Positions 31,719-39,873 of a stretch of DNA of 64,000 nucleotides are shown here, piece by piece (position 1 is the first letter of the stretch; the number at the start of each line of letters is the position of its first letter). Where the stretch lies: NCBI GenBank assembly GCA_021325135.1, contig JAJPHT010000045.1:32001-96000 (forward strand), given 5' to 3'. Source of the DNA: Pseudomonadota bacterium. GTDB taxonomy: Archaea; Thermoplasmatota; SW-10-69-26; JACQPN01; JAJPHT01. The notes under the pieces are model-generated. The model saw only the letters and a list, made by a program, of their open reading frames with translations. It was not told the origin of the DNA and searched no databases. Position numbers and translations under genes: made by a program.

Positions 31719-31791
31719 GGGCACCCAGTGGGTAGCCATTGGGGAAAACCGATATCGCCACCCCTGGGCCTGCGCCGGGCGAGGCCGTCCC

Positions 31792-33339
31792 GTGAGGCTG
31801 TCCATCGTCGCCCTCGTCGCGCTCCTGCTCGCCCCCGGCGTGCTCGCCCTTCAGCCGCTCCCGCCCGCCGCGCCCCGCGTGGCCGGGGGCTTCACCGTCG
31901 CGCTGCTGGCGCCCGTCGCCGGCCCCACCGCGCTGGCCTTCGGGCCCGGCGGCCCGGACCTCTACGCGACGACGCTCACCGGCGACGTGCAGCGTGTGCC
32001 CCTGACGTGGACGCCCGCGGGCCCCGTCGCCTCGGGCGCGCCCTCCACGGTGGCCTCCGGCTTCGCGCAGCCCCTGGGCGTCGCCTTCGGCCCCGACGGC
32101 GCGATGTACGTCAGCGACTCGCACCTCAACCCCGCTTCGGGCCGCACCGACGGCTACGTCACGCGCATCGACCTCGCGGGCTCCCGCGTCGTGGTGGACG
32201 GCCTGCCCAACGGGCGCCACAACACCAACCACCTGCGCTTCGCCCCCGACGGCCGCCTCGCCATCGCCAACGGGAACTCCAACGACGACGGCGTGAGCGG
32301 CGGCTCCGCGGACGCCTTCCCCTACTCGGGCGCGCTCCTCACGGTGGACGCGGCGCAGGTCTCCGCGAGCCCGGCCATCCTCCGCTGGACCGACGCCAAC
32401 GGGAGCCCCCTGGACGCGGGCGCGGTCGCCGCCGACCCCGGCAACGCGGACTTCGCCTCCAAGGTGCAGGTCCTCGCCCACGGCTTCCGCAACGTGTTCG
32501 GCGTCGCGTGGTCCAGCGACGGCACGGCCTACACCGCGATGAACGGCCCCGACACGTTCCCGCAGGACGCGCAGGACGCGCTGTTCAAGGTCGCGCCCGG
32601 GACCGACTACCGCTACCCGTTCTGCTTCAACCAGGGCAGCGACGCGGGCACCGACGTCGCGACCGCCAACAACCCGCTCTTCCCCGGCGCGGACTGCGCG
32701 GGCATCCCCCACGCGACGGCGCTCCTGGGCTGGCACGTCTGCGCGACGGGGCTGGACGTCGCGCCCGCGGGCAGCGCGTTCGGCCGCGCCGCGTTCGTCG
32801 CCGAGTGCGGCCCCTTCTTCCCCGACCCGCAGGACCACGGCCTCTCCACGCAGGACACGGGGCACAAGGTCGCCCGCGTCGCGCTGGACGCCCACGGCGA
32901 CGCCACCGAGGTGGACGACTTCCTCACGGGCCTCGCGCTCCCCACCGACGCCCTCTTCGGGCCCGACGGCGCGCTCTACGTCGCGGACGCGGCCGGCGTC
33001 TACCGCGTCGCGCCCGTCCAGGCCCCCGCCGCCACCGTGACCGTCGAGGCCGTGGGCACGCAGTTCGCGCCCGCCGCGCTGGTGATTCCCGCCGGCACGA
33101 CGGTCCAGTGGCAGACGCCCGCCATCGCGCACACCGTGACCACCGCCGCGAGCCTGGACGACGCGCGCGCCGGGCACGGCAACGATCCGCTCAACCGCGA
33201 CGGGAACCCCGACACGTTCTCGCTGGGCCTCGCGCCCAACCAGGCGGCGACGCACACCTTCCTCACGCCGGGCACGTACTACTATTACTGCGCCTTCCAC
33301 GTGGGCGCCGGCATGGTGGGCGTCGTCGAGGTGGTGTAG
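31792..33339 (+). CDS. secreted PQQ-dependent sugar-dehydrogenase-like beta-propeller fused to a C-terminal cupredoxin
   Basis: Signal peptide; FGPDG repeats, GFRNVFG; type-1 Cu ligands HTVT and YCAFH..AGM. Confidence 0.8.
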   Translation: MRLSIVALVALLLAPGVLALQPLPPAAPRVAGGFTVALLAPVAGPTALAFGPGGPDLYATTLTGDVQRVPLTWTPAGPVASGAPSTVASGFAQPLGVAFGPDGAMYVSDSHLNPASGRTDGYVTRIDLAGSRVVVDGLPNGRHNTNHLRFAPDGRLAIANGNSNDDGVSGGSADAFPYSGALLTVDAAQVSASPAILRWTDANGSPLDAGAVAADPGNADFASKVQVLAHGFRNVFGVAWSSDGTAYTAMNGPDTFPQDAQDALFKVAPGTDYRYPFCFNQGSDAGTDVATANNPLFPGADCAGIPHATALLGWHVCATGLDVAPAGSAFGRAAFVAECGPFFPDPQDHGLSTQDTGHKVARVALDAHGDATEVDDFLTGLALPTDALFGPDGALYVADAAGVYRVAPVQAPAATVTVEAVGTQFAPAALVIPAGTTVQWQTPAIAHTVTTAASLDDARAGHGNDPLNRDGNPDTFSLGLAPNQAATHTFLTPGTYYYYCAFHVGAGMVGVVEVV

Positions 33340-33417
33340 CCCGGGCACATCCGGGACCCTCCGCGCCCGAAACCTTGACAAAGAGTGGCGCGGGTTGGGG
33401 GTCCGAGGCTTGAAGAC

Positions 33418-33579
33418 ATGGCTCCCCCCACCGTCTCCGACATCGAGCGCCTCGATCGCGCTCCCTACGGCCGCTCCCTGGGCGTCCGAGCGGGCCCCGA
33501 GGCGGGCCCCGTGTGCACGAACATCTGCTCGCTCACCCCGGGCAGCATTCCCAACCTCTCGCGCAAGGTCTGCGGCTGA
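33418..33579 (+). CDS. RiPP (lanthipeptide) precursor peptide A1, 53 aa
   Basis: MAPPTVSDIERLDRAPYGRSLGVRAGPEAGPVCTNICSLTPGSIPNLSRKVCG; paralogue of the next ORF; upstream of kinase/lyase/LanC. Confidence 0.85.
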   Translation: MAPPTVSDIERLDRAPYGRSLGVRAGPEAGPVCTNICSLTPGSIPNLSRKVCG

Positions 33580-33588
33580 GGTGTGACC

Positions 33589-33741
33589 ATGGCCCCCACC
33601 GTCTCCGAGATCGAGAGGCTCGACCGCGCGCCCTACGCCCGCTCCCTGGGCGCCAAGGGCTCGGACGCCAAGATTCCGCCGTGCACGGGTGTGTGCTCGC
33701 TGACGCCCGGCAGCCTGCCCCTCTCGCGCACCATCTGCTGA
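33589..33741 (+). CDS. RiPP (lanthipeptide) precursor peptide A2, 50 aa
   Basis: Not in the ORF track. MAPTVSEIERLDRAPYARSLGAKGSDAKIPPCTGVCSLTPGSLPLSRTIC; RBS GAGGTG; stop 4 nt before the kinase ATG. Confidence 0.85.
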   Translation: MAPTVSEIERLDRAPYARSLGAKGSDAKIPPCTGVCSLTPGSLPLSRTIC

Positions 33742-33745
33742 CGCC

Positions 33746-34858
33746 ATGGACCGCGCGCCTCCGCGCCTCGCGCTCGAAGGCGTGCCCTCCTACCTTCTCC
33801 GCCGCGGCCTCGTGCCGCGGAGCACCCTCGTCCACGGCCCGCTCCGCGTCGAGGGGCGCTCCCGGCGCAACCGCAACTACAAGGTCCTCCTGCCGCGCGG
33901 CGGCCTCCTCGTGAAGCAGGCCGGCGACCCGCAGGACCCCGTCTGGCGCCGCGCGCTGCGCGCCGAGGCGGACGTGGTCCGCGTCCTCGCCTCGCACCCC
34001 CGCACGCGGCGCTGGACGCCCGGCTTCGTCCACCACGACGCGGGGCGCGCCATCCTCGTCACGCGGCTGCTGCGCCCCGCGACGACGCTGAGCAAGTACC
34101 ACCTCAACCTGGGCGACGTGCGCTTCCCCGCGGACGCCGCGCGCACCGCGGCGCGCGCCCTCGCCGCGGCGCACGCCGTGGGCGCCCGCGCCCTCGCCTC
34201 GGGCCGCCTCGCGGCGCCCCCGCGCAACCTGCCCGCCGCGTGGAAGCTCGCCGGCATCCCGGGCCTCCCGCCGCCCAAGCCCGGCGGGGCCGCGGACGCC
34301 GAGTACTTCCGTCTCCTGCGGCGCGAAGCGCCCTTCTACGCCCGCGTCCCGGGCCTCATGCGCGAATGGCTGGACGCGCGCGGCCTCGTCCACGGCGACG
34401 TGCGCTGGGACAACTACCTGGTCGGCGCCGGCGCCCGCGCGGAGGGCGAGCTGAACCTCCGCCTCGTGGACTGGGAGATGTGGGGGCAGGGCGACCCCGC
34501 GTGGGACGTCGCGTGCCACCTCGCCGAGCACGTCCGCTTCTGGTACGGCGCGGGGCTCCTCCACAACGCCGAGACCCTGGAGCAGATGCGGGAGCGCGTG
34601 CCCTTCCCCGTCTCCCGCGCCCACGAGGCGTGCCGCGCCTTCCTCGACGCCTACGCGCGCGAGGCCGCGACGCCCCGCGGCGCCCTCCTCGCCCGCGCGC
34701 TGGAGTACGCCCCCTTCTGCCTCGCGCTGGTGGGGTTCGAGAGCCTCCAGCGGCGCGACCAGATGCCCGCCGGCGCGCGCGTCGCCGTCGCGCTGGCCAA
34801 CGCCGCCGCGGAGGACCCCAAGGCCTACGCCCGCGAGTGGCTGGGGGTCGCGCCGTGA
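33746..34858 (+). CDS. APH-family kinase, LanK-like subunit of a class V-type dehydratase
   Basis: SRRNRNY..LLVKQ, HGDVRWDN catalytic loop, LVDWE..GDPAWD. Confidence 0.85.
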   Translation: MDRAPPRLALEGVPSYLLRRGLVPRSTLVHGPLRVEGRSRRNRNYKVLLPRGGLLVKQAGDPQDPVWRRALRAEADVVRVLASHPRTRRWTPGFVHHDAGRAILVTRLLRPATTLSKYHLNLGDVRFPADAARTAARALAAAHAVGARALASGRLAAPPRNLPAAWKLAGIPGLPPPKPGGAADAEYFRLLRREAPFYARVPGLMREWLDARGLVHGDVRWDNYLVGAGARAEGELNLRLVDWEMWGQGDPAWDVACHLAEHVRFWYGAGLLHNAETLEQMRERVPFPVSRAHEACRAFLDAYAREAATPRGALLARALEYAPFCLALVGFESLQRRDQMPAGARVAVALANAAAEDPKAYAREWLGVAP

Positions 34859-35703
34859 CGCTGGACGTGCCGCTGGACCTCGACGGCCCCGCGCAGGTCG
34901 CGCACCTCGCGCGTCGCGTCGCCATCCTCTCCCGGGACGAGTACGCCTGGGACGGCGAGCCGGAGCGCGTCGATCCCTCGCGCCTGCGCACGCCCGTCCG
35001 CACGCCGGAGCCCGTCGTCGCCGAGGTCGCCTCGCGCCTCTACCACGAGGCCTACGGGCGCCCCCACGACGGGCGCGGCGCCTACGCCCACCTGCCCGAC
35101 CAGGACCTGCGCCGCGCCTTCGCCGACGCGCTGCGCCGCCACGCCGCCATCGTGGACGACCTCCAGCCCGGCTGGATCCACGCCCGCGCGCCTGTGATAT
35201 CATCCTCCACGCCCCTCGTGCGCGTCTACTGGCACCTGGCGCCGCAGGGCGCCGCGCCGCTCCTCGCCGCCGCGACGCGGGCGCTCCGGAAGGCCAAGGC
35301 GGCGTTCATGCTGAAGCTCATGGACGACCCGCAGTCGTACCGCCGCGCGGACTCCGCCGTCCTCTACGTCCCCGCCGGAGAATGGCCCCGCGCCGCCGCC
35401 GCGCTGCCGCGCGTCCACGCCGCCGTGGCGCCCTACCTGCGCCGCGCGGCGCCCCTCTTCACGCTGCGGCTCGCGCCCGGCGTGGGGCTCGCGGAGGACC
35501 CGGGCGGCGACGAGAGCTTCGGCCTCCACCGCTCGCGCCTCGTGGCGGAGGGGCTCTTCGCGGCGCGCGGCGCGCAGGGCGACCCCGAGCGGCTGGCCAT
35601 CGTGCGCGGGCACCTGGCGCGCGCCGGCGTCGACCCCGACGCGCCGCACCTGAACGCGGGCACGCGGGAGATCCTCGCGCCGCGGCTGGAGGCGGCGCCG
35701 TGA
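34855..35703 (+). CDS. HopA1-family phosphoSer/Thr lyase, LanY-like
   Basis: VRVYW, FMLK, YRRADSAVLY, PLFT..LAPGVGLAEDP, SFGLHR; GTGA overlaps on both sides. Confidence 0.85.
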   Translation: MTLDVPLDLDGPAQVAHLARRVAILSRDEYAWDGEPERVDPSRLRTPVRTPEPVVAEVASRLYHEAYGRPHDGRGAYAHLPDQDLRRAFADALRRHAAIVDDLQPGWIHARAPVISSSTPLVRVYWHLAPQGAAPLLAAATRALRKAKAAFMLKLMDDPQSYRRADSAVLYVPAGEWPRAAAALPRVHAAVAPYLRRAAPLFTLRLAPGVGLAEDPGGDESFGLHRSRLVAEGLFAARGAQGDPERLAIVRGHLARAGVDPDAPHLNAGTREILAPRLEAAP

Positions 35704-36953
35704 GCCGCTTCCTCGACGAGGCCTCCGCCCTCGCGGACCGCCTTGCGGAGTCGGCGACGTGGGACGGCGCGTGCGCGACGTGGCTCGCGCGCGCCATCCC
35801 TCCCGGCGAGGACCCCGAAGGCCCCGAGGCGCATCCCGAGCTGGTCGGGCTGGACGCGACCGTCTACCGCGGCACGGCCGGCGTCGCGCTGGTCCTCGCG
35901 CGCGTCGCGGCCCGCACCGGCGAGCGCGCGCACCGCCGCGCGGCGCGGGGCGCCATGGAGCACGCCCTCCGCCACGCGCGCGGCCCCGGCTCGGAGGGCG
36001 AGCCCGTGGGCGCGGAGTGGCGCCTCTCGTTCCTCATGGGGAGCCTGGGCGTCGCGTGGGCCGGCCACGAGGTGGGGCTGCTCCTCGACGACGCCGCGCT
36101 CTCCCGCCGCGGGCTGCGCCTCGCCGCGGCGCTCGTCCGCGACGGCGCGCCGGGCCCCGAGGTCGACGTCATGTTCGGCGCCGGGAGCGGCATCCCGACG
36201 CTCCTGGACCTGGGCGCGCGCGGCGTGCGCGGCGCGCCCGAGCTGGCGGCCCGCCTGGGCGACGCGGCCCTTGCGGCGGGGCGCTCCGAGCGCGGCGGGC
36301 TCGCCTGGAGGGACGGCCTCACGGGCTACAGCCACGGCGCGGCCGGCGTGGGGTCGGCCCTCGCGGCCCTCGCCGCGCGCACGGACGCGGAGCGGCACCG
36401 CGCGGGCGCCCGCGCCGCGTTCGCCTACGAGCGCGCGCTCTTCCAGCCCCGCGACGCCAACTGGCCCGACCTCAAGGCCAAGCCCCGCGCCGACGGCTCG
36501 TGGCCCTGCGAGGCGAACTGGTGCCACGGCGCGCCGGGCATCGGCCTCTCGCGCGCCCTCGCGCTCCCCCGCCTCAAGGACCCGGCGCTCCTCGACGAGG
36601 CGCGCGTCGCCCTCGCCACCACCGTCGCGCGCCTGAGGGATGACGCGCAGGAGCCGGGCCGCGACTTCACGCTCTGCCACGGGGTGGCGGGCCGCGCCGC
36701 GTGCGCGCTGCGGATCGGCCACGCCGTGGGGGGCGACGCGGGGCGCTCCGCCGCGCGGGAGGTGGTGGGCGCCGCCGTCGAGGCGTTCGGCGCGCGCGCC
36801 CGCCAGCGATGGGGAGAGGCCACCGATTGGCCCAACCCCCTGCCCGCGGGGCTCCACCCCTCGCTTTTCCTTGGGGCGGCGGGGATCGCGCACCTGTTCC
36901 TGGAGCTTGACGACCCCCGGCTGCCGGGCGTCGTCGCGCCGCCGGGCGCGTAG
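35700..36953 (+). CDS. lanC: stand-alone lanthionine cyclase, LanC-like
   Basis: YRGTAG, GYSHGAAG, NWPD, WCHGAPG, LCHG (Zn ligands Cys/Cys/His), SLFLGAAG. Confidence 0.9.
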   Translation: MSRFLDEASALADRLAESATWDGACATWLARAIPPGEDPEGPEAHPELVGLDATVYRGTAGVALVLARVAARTGERAHRRAARGAMEHALRHARGPGSEGEPVGAEWRLSFLMGSLGVAWAGHEVGLLLDDAALSRRGLRLAAALVRDGAPGPEVDVMFGAGSGIPTLLDLGARGVRGAPELAARLGDAALAAGRSERGGLAWRDGLTGYSHGAAGVGSALAALAARTDAERHRAGARAAFAYERALFQPRDANWPDLKAKPRADGSWPCEANWCHGAPGIGLSRALALPRLKDPALLDEARVALATTVARLRDDAQEPGRDFTLCHGVAGRAACALRIGHAVGGDAGRSAAREVVGAAVEAFGARARQRWGEATDWPNPLPAGLHPSLFLGAAGIAHLFLELDDPRLPGVVAPPGA

Positions 36954-36954
36954 A

Positions 36955-37218
36955 TCAGAAGACGACGTACACGACGACGGCGAGCGCCGCGACCAGGAGG
37001 GCGCCGTAGCTCGCAAGGCGATCCGCGCGGGATTCCAGGGAGCGCCAGATCGCGTAGCGGGACGGGACGGGGCCGACGGTCGCAGACATCAGGACCGCGT
37101 CTCCCTTGGTCGCAGGTTGACTTAACGGCACCGTCTCGGGTGGGGATACACCGATCGAAACGTCGGGGAGGAGCGCCGCGTCCAGGGAGGATTCAGGAGA
37201 AAGCAGCACGGCGCTCAT
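36955..37218 (-). CDS. small hypothetical protein with C-terminal TM
   Basis: 87 aa, convergent with lanC (1-nt gap); atypical codon usage. Confidence 0.4.
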   Translation of the reverse strand: MSAVLLSPESSLDAALLPDVSIGVSPPETVPLSQPATKGDAVLMSATVGPVPSRYAIWRSLESRADRLASYGALLVAALAVVVYVVF

Positions 37219-37308
37219 GGGGGCCGCCTTGTCCCGGGGGCGTCTTCATCCCAGCGCAAGGTCCGCTGGGGACCCCGGCCCCGCAAGCTTCAGGGCCCCT
37301 CCGCCCGG

Positions 37309-37896
37309 GTGCCCGGCGTGGACGCGCGGGACGCCTGGCGCCGCAAGCACGCCCGGGAGGCGGCGCCCTGGCGGGGGCCCGTCCACGCCGCGCCCCTGCT
37401 GGCGGGCCTCTCCGGCCGCGTGGTGGAGCTCGGCGCGGGCGGGGGGAAGGTGGCCGGCGCGCTGCCGGCGGAGAGCGTCGCCCTGGACTGGGCGCCGGAG
37501 GGGCTCCGCGACGCGGGGCGCCCCCGCCTGGTCGCGGACGCGCGCGCCCTCCCCTTCCGCGACGGCTCGCTGGACGCGCTGGTGGCCATCCACGTCCTGG
37601 GCCACCTCGCCGCGGCCGACCGCCCGCGCGCGCTGGCGGGGTGGGCCCGCGCGCTGCGCCCCGGCGGCGCGCTCGTGCTGGAGGTCTTCGCCCGCGGCGA
37701 CGCCCGCGAAGGGGAGGGGCGCGAGGTGGAGCCGGGCACGTGGGAGCGCGGCGGCGTCGCGACGCACCACTTCTCCGAGGCCGAGCTTCGCGCGCTGCTG
37801 GCCGGGTGGCGCGGGGACCTCCTTGTGGAGGAGCGCCGCCTGAGGTGGGGGACCCGGCGGGCGCTGCGGGGCCGCTTCACCCGTCCCGCGCCTTGA
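37309..37896 (+). CDS. class I SAM-dependent methyltransferase
   Basis: VVELGAGGGK, ADARALPFRDGSLD, LRPGG. Confidence 0.8.
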   Translation: MPGVDARDAWRRKHAREAAPWRGPVHAAPLLAGLSGRVVELGAGGGKVAGALPAESVALDWAPEGLRDAGRPRLVADARALPFRDGSLDALVAIHVLGHLAAADRPRALAGWARALRPGGALVLEVFARGDAREGEGREVEPGTWERGGVATHHFSEAELRALLAGWRGDLLVEERRLRWGTRRALRGRFTRPAP

Positions 37897-39040
37897 CGAC
37901 GAACACGCAGGCGGGCTCGCCTTGGCTCTGGCAGCGGATCTCGCTGCCCAGCGCGTGCCCGCCGTGGCGCCGGGCGACGGTCGCCTCCAGGACTCCTAGC
38001 GCGATGTGGCACGTGGGCGTCGAGTGGCCGCGCCCGGCCTCCAGCATGTCGGTGGCGTGGAACTCGTAGCGGCCCGCCTCCTCGCGCGCGAGGGCGATGG
38101 CGCCCAGCCCCATGTCCCGCAGCGCCTGGAGCGTCGCGTCGAGGGATTGCCCTTCGAGGTCCGCCGCCAGCGTGCGCCCCAGCGCGCGGCGCGAGACGGC
38201 CGTCGCGGAGGAGCCCTCGGTCAGGGCGCGCAGGATGCCGCGCACGAGCTTGCGCGCGACCAGCTGCCGGCGCGCCTCCTCCTCGCCGCGCTTGCGCGCC
38301 GTGATGTCGCGCATGACGCCCGTGTAGCCGATGAGGTGGCCCTCGGCGTCGCGCGCGAGGTTGATGCTGACGCTCACGTCCACCAGGGAGCCGTCCTTGC
38401 GGCGGCGCTTCGTCTCGTGGTCGCGCAGCGCGCCCTCGGCCCGAAGCCGGTCCGCGAGGAGCTTCGACTCGTCGGGCAGGTCGGGAGGAAGGAGCATCTG
38501 GCCGTCCTGCCCCAGGACTTCCTCCTTGGAGTAGCCGAAGAGGCGCTCCGCGCCCGCGTTCCACGTGAGGAAGCGCCCCTGCGCGTCGATGGTCATGATG
38601 GCGTCGTCCGCGCTCTCCACGGCCAGGAGGAGCCGCGAGCGGGCGTCCTCCGCGCGGCGGCGCTCGGTGATGTCGATGCCCACCGCCAGGACGCAGGGCG
38701 CGCCCGCGACGCTCACCACGTCCAGGGAGACGATGCAGTGCCGCTGCGCGCCGTCCTTCCGGTAGAAGACCAGCTCCACGTTGCGGGCGCGCCCGTGCGC
38801 GCGCAATTGGGCCTGCACGTCCGCGCGGGGCGCCTCCCGCCACACGCCCAGGGCGTAGGCGCTGCGGCCGACGACCTCCGAGCGCTCGTAGCCCAGCATC
38901 TCCAGCATGTGCCGGTTCGCGTCCACGAAGGTCCCGTCCCCCATGCGCGTCAGGCTGATGGCCGCAGGCACCTCCTGGTAGACCAGGGGGAAGAGCGAAG
39001 CGACGTCGGGGGCGGCGGGCGGTTCGGACAAGCCGCGCAC
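37877..39040 (-). CDS. PAS-PAS-V4R sensor protein
   Basis: Two PAS/PAC domains (DANR..LGY..EVVG; WNAGAERLFGY; RKDG; DIT.RK); C-terminal PTCH...EIRC..QG..AC.F V4R. Confidence 0.8.
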   Translation of the reverse strand: MRGLSEPPAAPDVASLFPLVYQEVPAAISLTRMGDGTFVDANRHMLEMLGYERSEVVGRSAYALGVWREAPRADVQAQLRAHGRARNVELVFYRKDGAQRHCIVSLDVVSVAGAPCVLAVGIDITERRRAEDARSRLLLAVESADDAIMTIDAQGRFLTWNAGAERLFGYSKEEVLGQDGQMLLPPDLPDESKLLADRLRAEGALRDHETKRRRKDGSLVDVSVSINLARDAEGHLIGYTGVMRDITARKRGEEEARRQLVARKLVRGILRALTEGSSATAVSRRALGRTLAADLEGQSLDATLQALRDMGLGAIALAREEAGRYEFHATDMLEAGRGHSTPTCHIALGVLEATVARRHGGHALGSEIRCQSQGEPACVFVVKARDG

Positions 39041-39100
39041 CTTTCCCTTCCCACTTACTTAACGATGACCCTTTTGCCCCAGGCGGGTCCTCTGGCTTCC

Positions 39101-39823
39101 GTGACGCGACGCCTCTATCTCGAAGACGCCTACCTGCGCGCCTGCGACGCGACCGTGCTGCGCGCCGAGGGCAACCGCGTCGTCCTCGACCAGACCGTCC
39201 TCTACGCCGAGAGCGGGGGGCAGGCGGCCGACCACGGCGTGCTGCGCTGGGACGGGGGCGAGGCGCGGGCCGTGGACTCCCAGATCGAGGGCGGGGGGCA
39301 CGTGGGCGACGTCTCGCACACGCTGGAAGGCGGGACCCCGCCCGCGGGCGCCCGCGTCCGCGTGGAGGTCGACTGGCCGCGGCGCTACGGTCTCATGCGG
39401 CACCACACCGCGGCGCACCTCATCGCGGCCGTCGTCTACCGCGACTTCAAGGCCAAGTTCACCGGGGGCCAGCTCTACCCCGACCGCGCGCGCCTGGACG
39501 TGCACTTCGACGGCTGGGACCCCGAGACGCCGCGCCGCGTCGAGGCCGCCGTCAACGCCGAGATCGCCAAGGGGCACGAGGTGAGGAACTACGACATCGG
39601 CCGCGAGGAGTTCGAGCGCCGCGACCTGCTGCGCACCGCCGAGAACCTCGTGGACCCGAGCCTTGAGCGCATCCGCCTCACGGACATCGTGGGCCTCGAC
39701 GTGCAGGCCGACGGCGGGACCCACGTGGGCAACGTGCGCGAGGTGGGCCGCGTCCTCGTGGGCAAGGCCGAGAACAAGGGGAAGGGGCACCGCCGCCTGA
39801 GCTATCAGTGCGTGGACGCGTGA
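39101..39823 (+). CDS. alaXM: alanyl-tRNA editing protein AlaX-M
   Basis: LYLEDAY, LDQTVLYAESGGQ, MRHHTAAH, DGGTHV. Confidence 0.9.
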   Translation: MTRRLYLEDAYLRACDATVLRAEGNRVVLDQTVLYAESGGQAADHGVLRWDGGEARAVDSQIEGGGHVGDVSHTLEGGTPPAGARVRVEVDWPRRYGLMRHHTAAHLIAAVVYRDFKAKFTGGQLYPDRARLDVHFDGWDPETPRRVEAAVNAEIAKGHEVRNYDIGREEFERRDLLRTAENLVDPSLERIRLTDIVGLDVQADGGTHVGNVREVGRVLVGKAENKGKGHRRLSYQCVDA

Positions 39824-39873
39824 CCGCCCGGTAGGCGCCACGCTTTTGCGCCCGCCGCCCTCCGCCATGCGGC

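Noticed and set aside
33375-33380. TTGACA, a perfect bacterial -35 box upstream of the precursors
   Set aside because: No -10 element at the right spacing and the context is archaeal; not evidence for a bacterial promoter.
33746-35703. Reading the kinase as aminoglycoside resistance and HopA1 as a type III effector
   Set aside because: Tight coupling to LanC and Cys/Ser/Thr-rich peptides fits RiPP dehydration; no secretion system genes are present.
39709-39723. AlaX DGGTH instead of CGGTH as an inactivating change
   Set aside because: To my knowledge Asp at this position occurs in other AlaX-M proteins, and the HxxxH ligands are intact.
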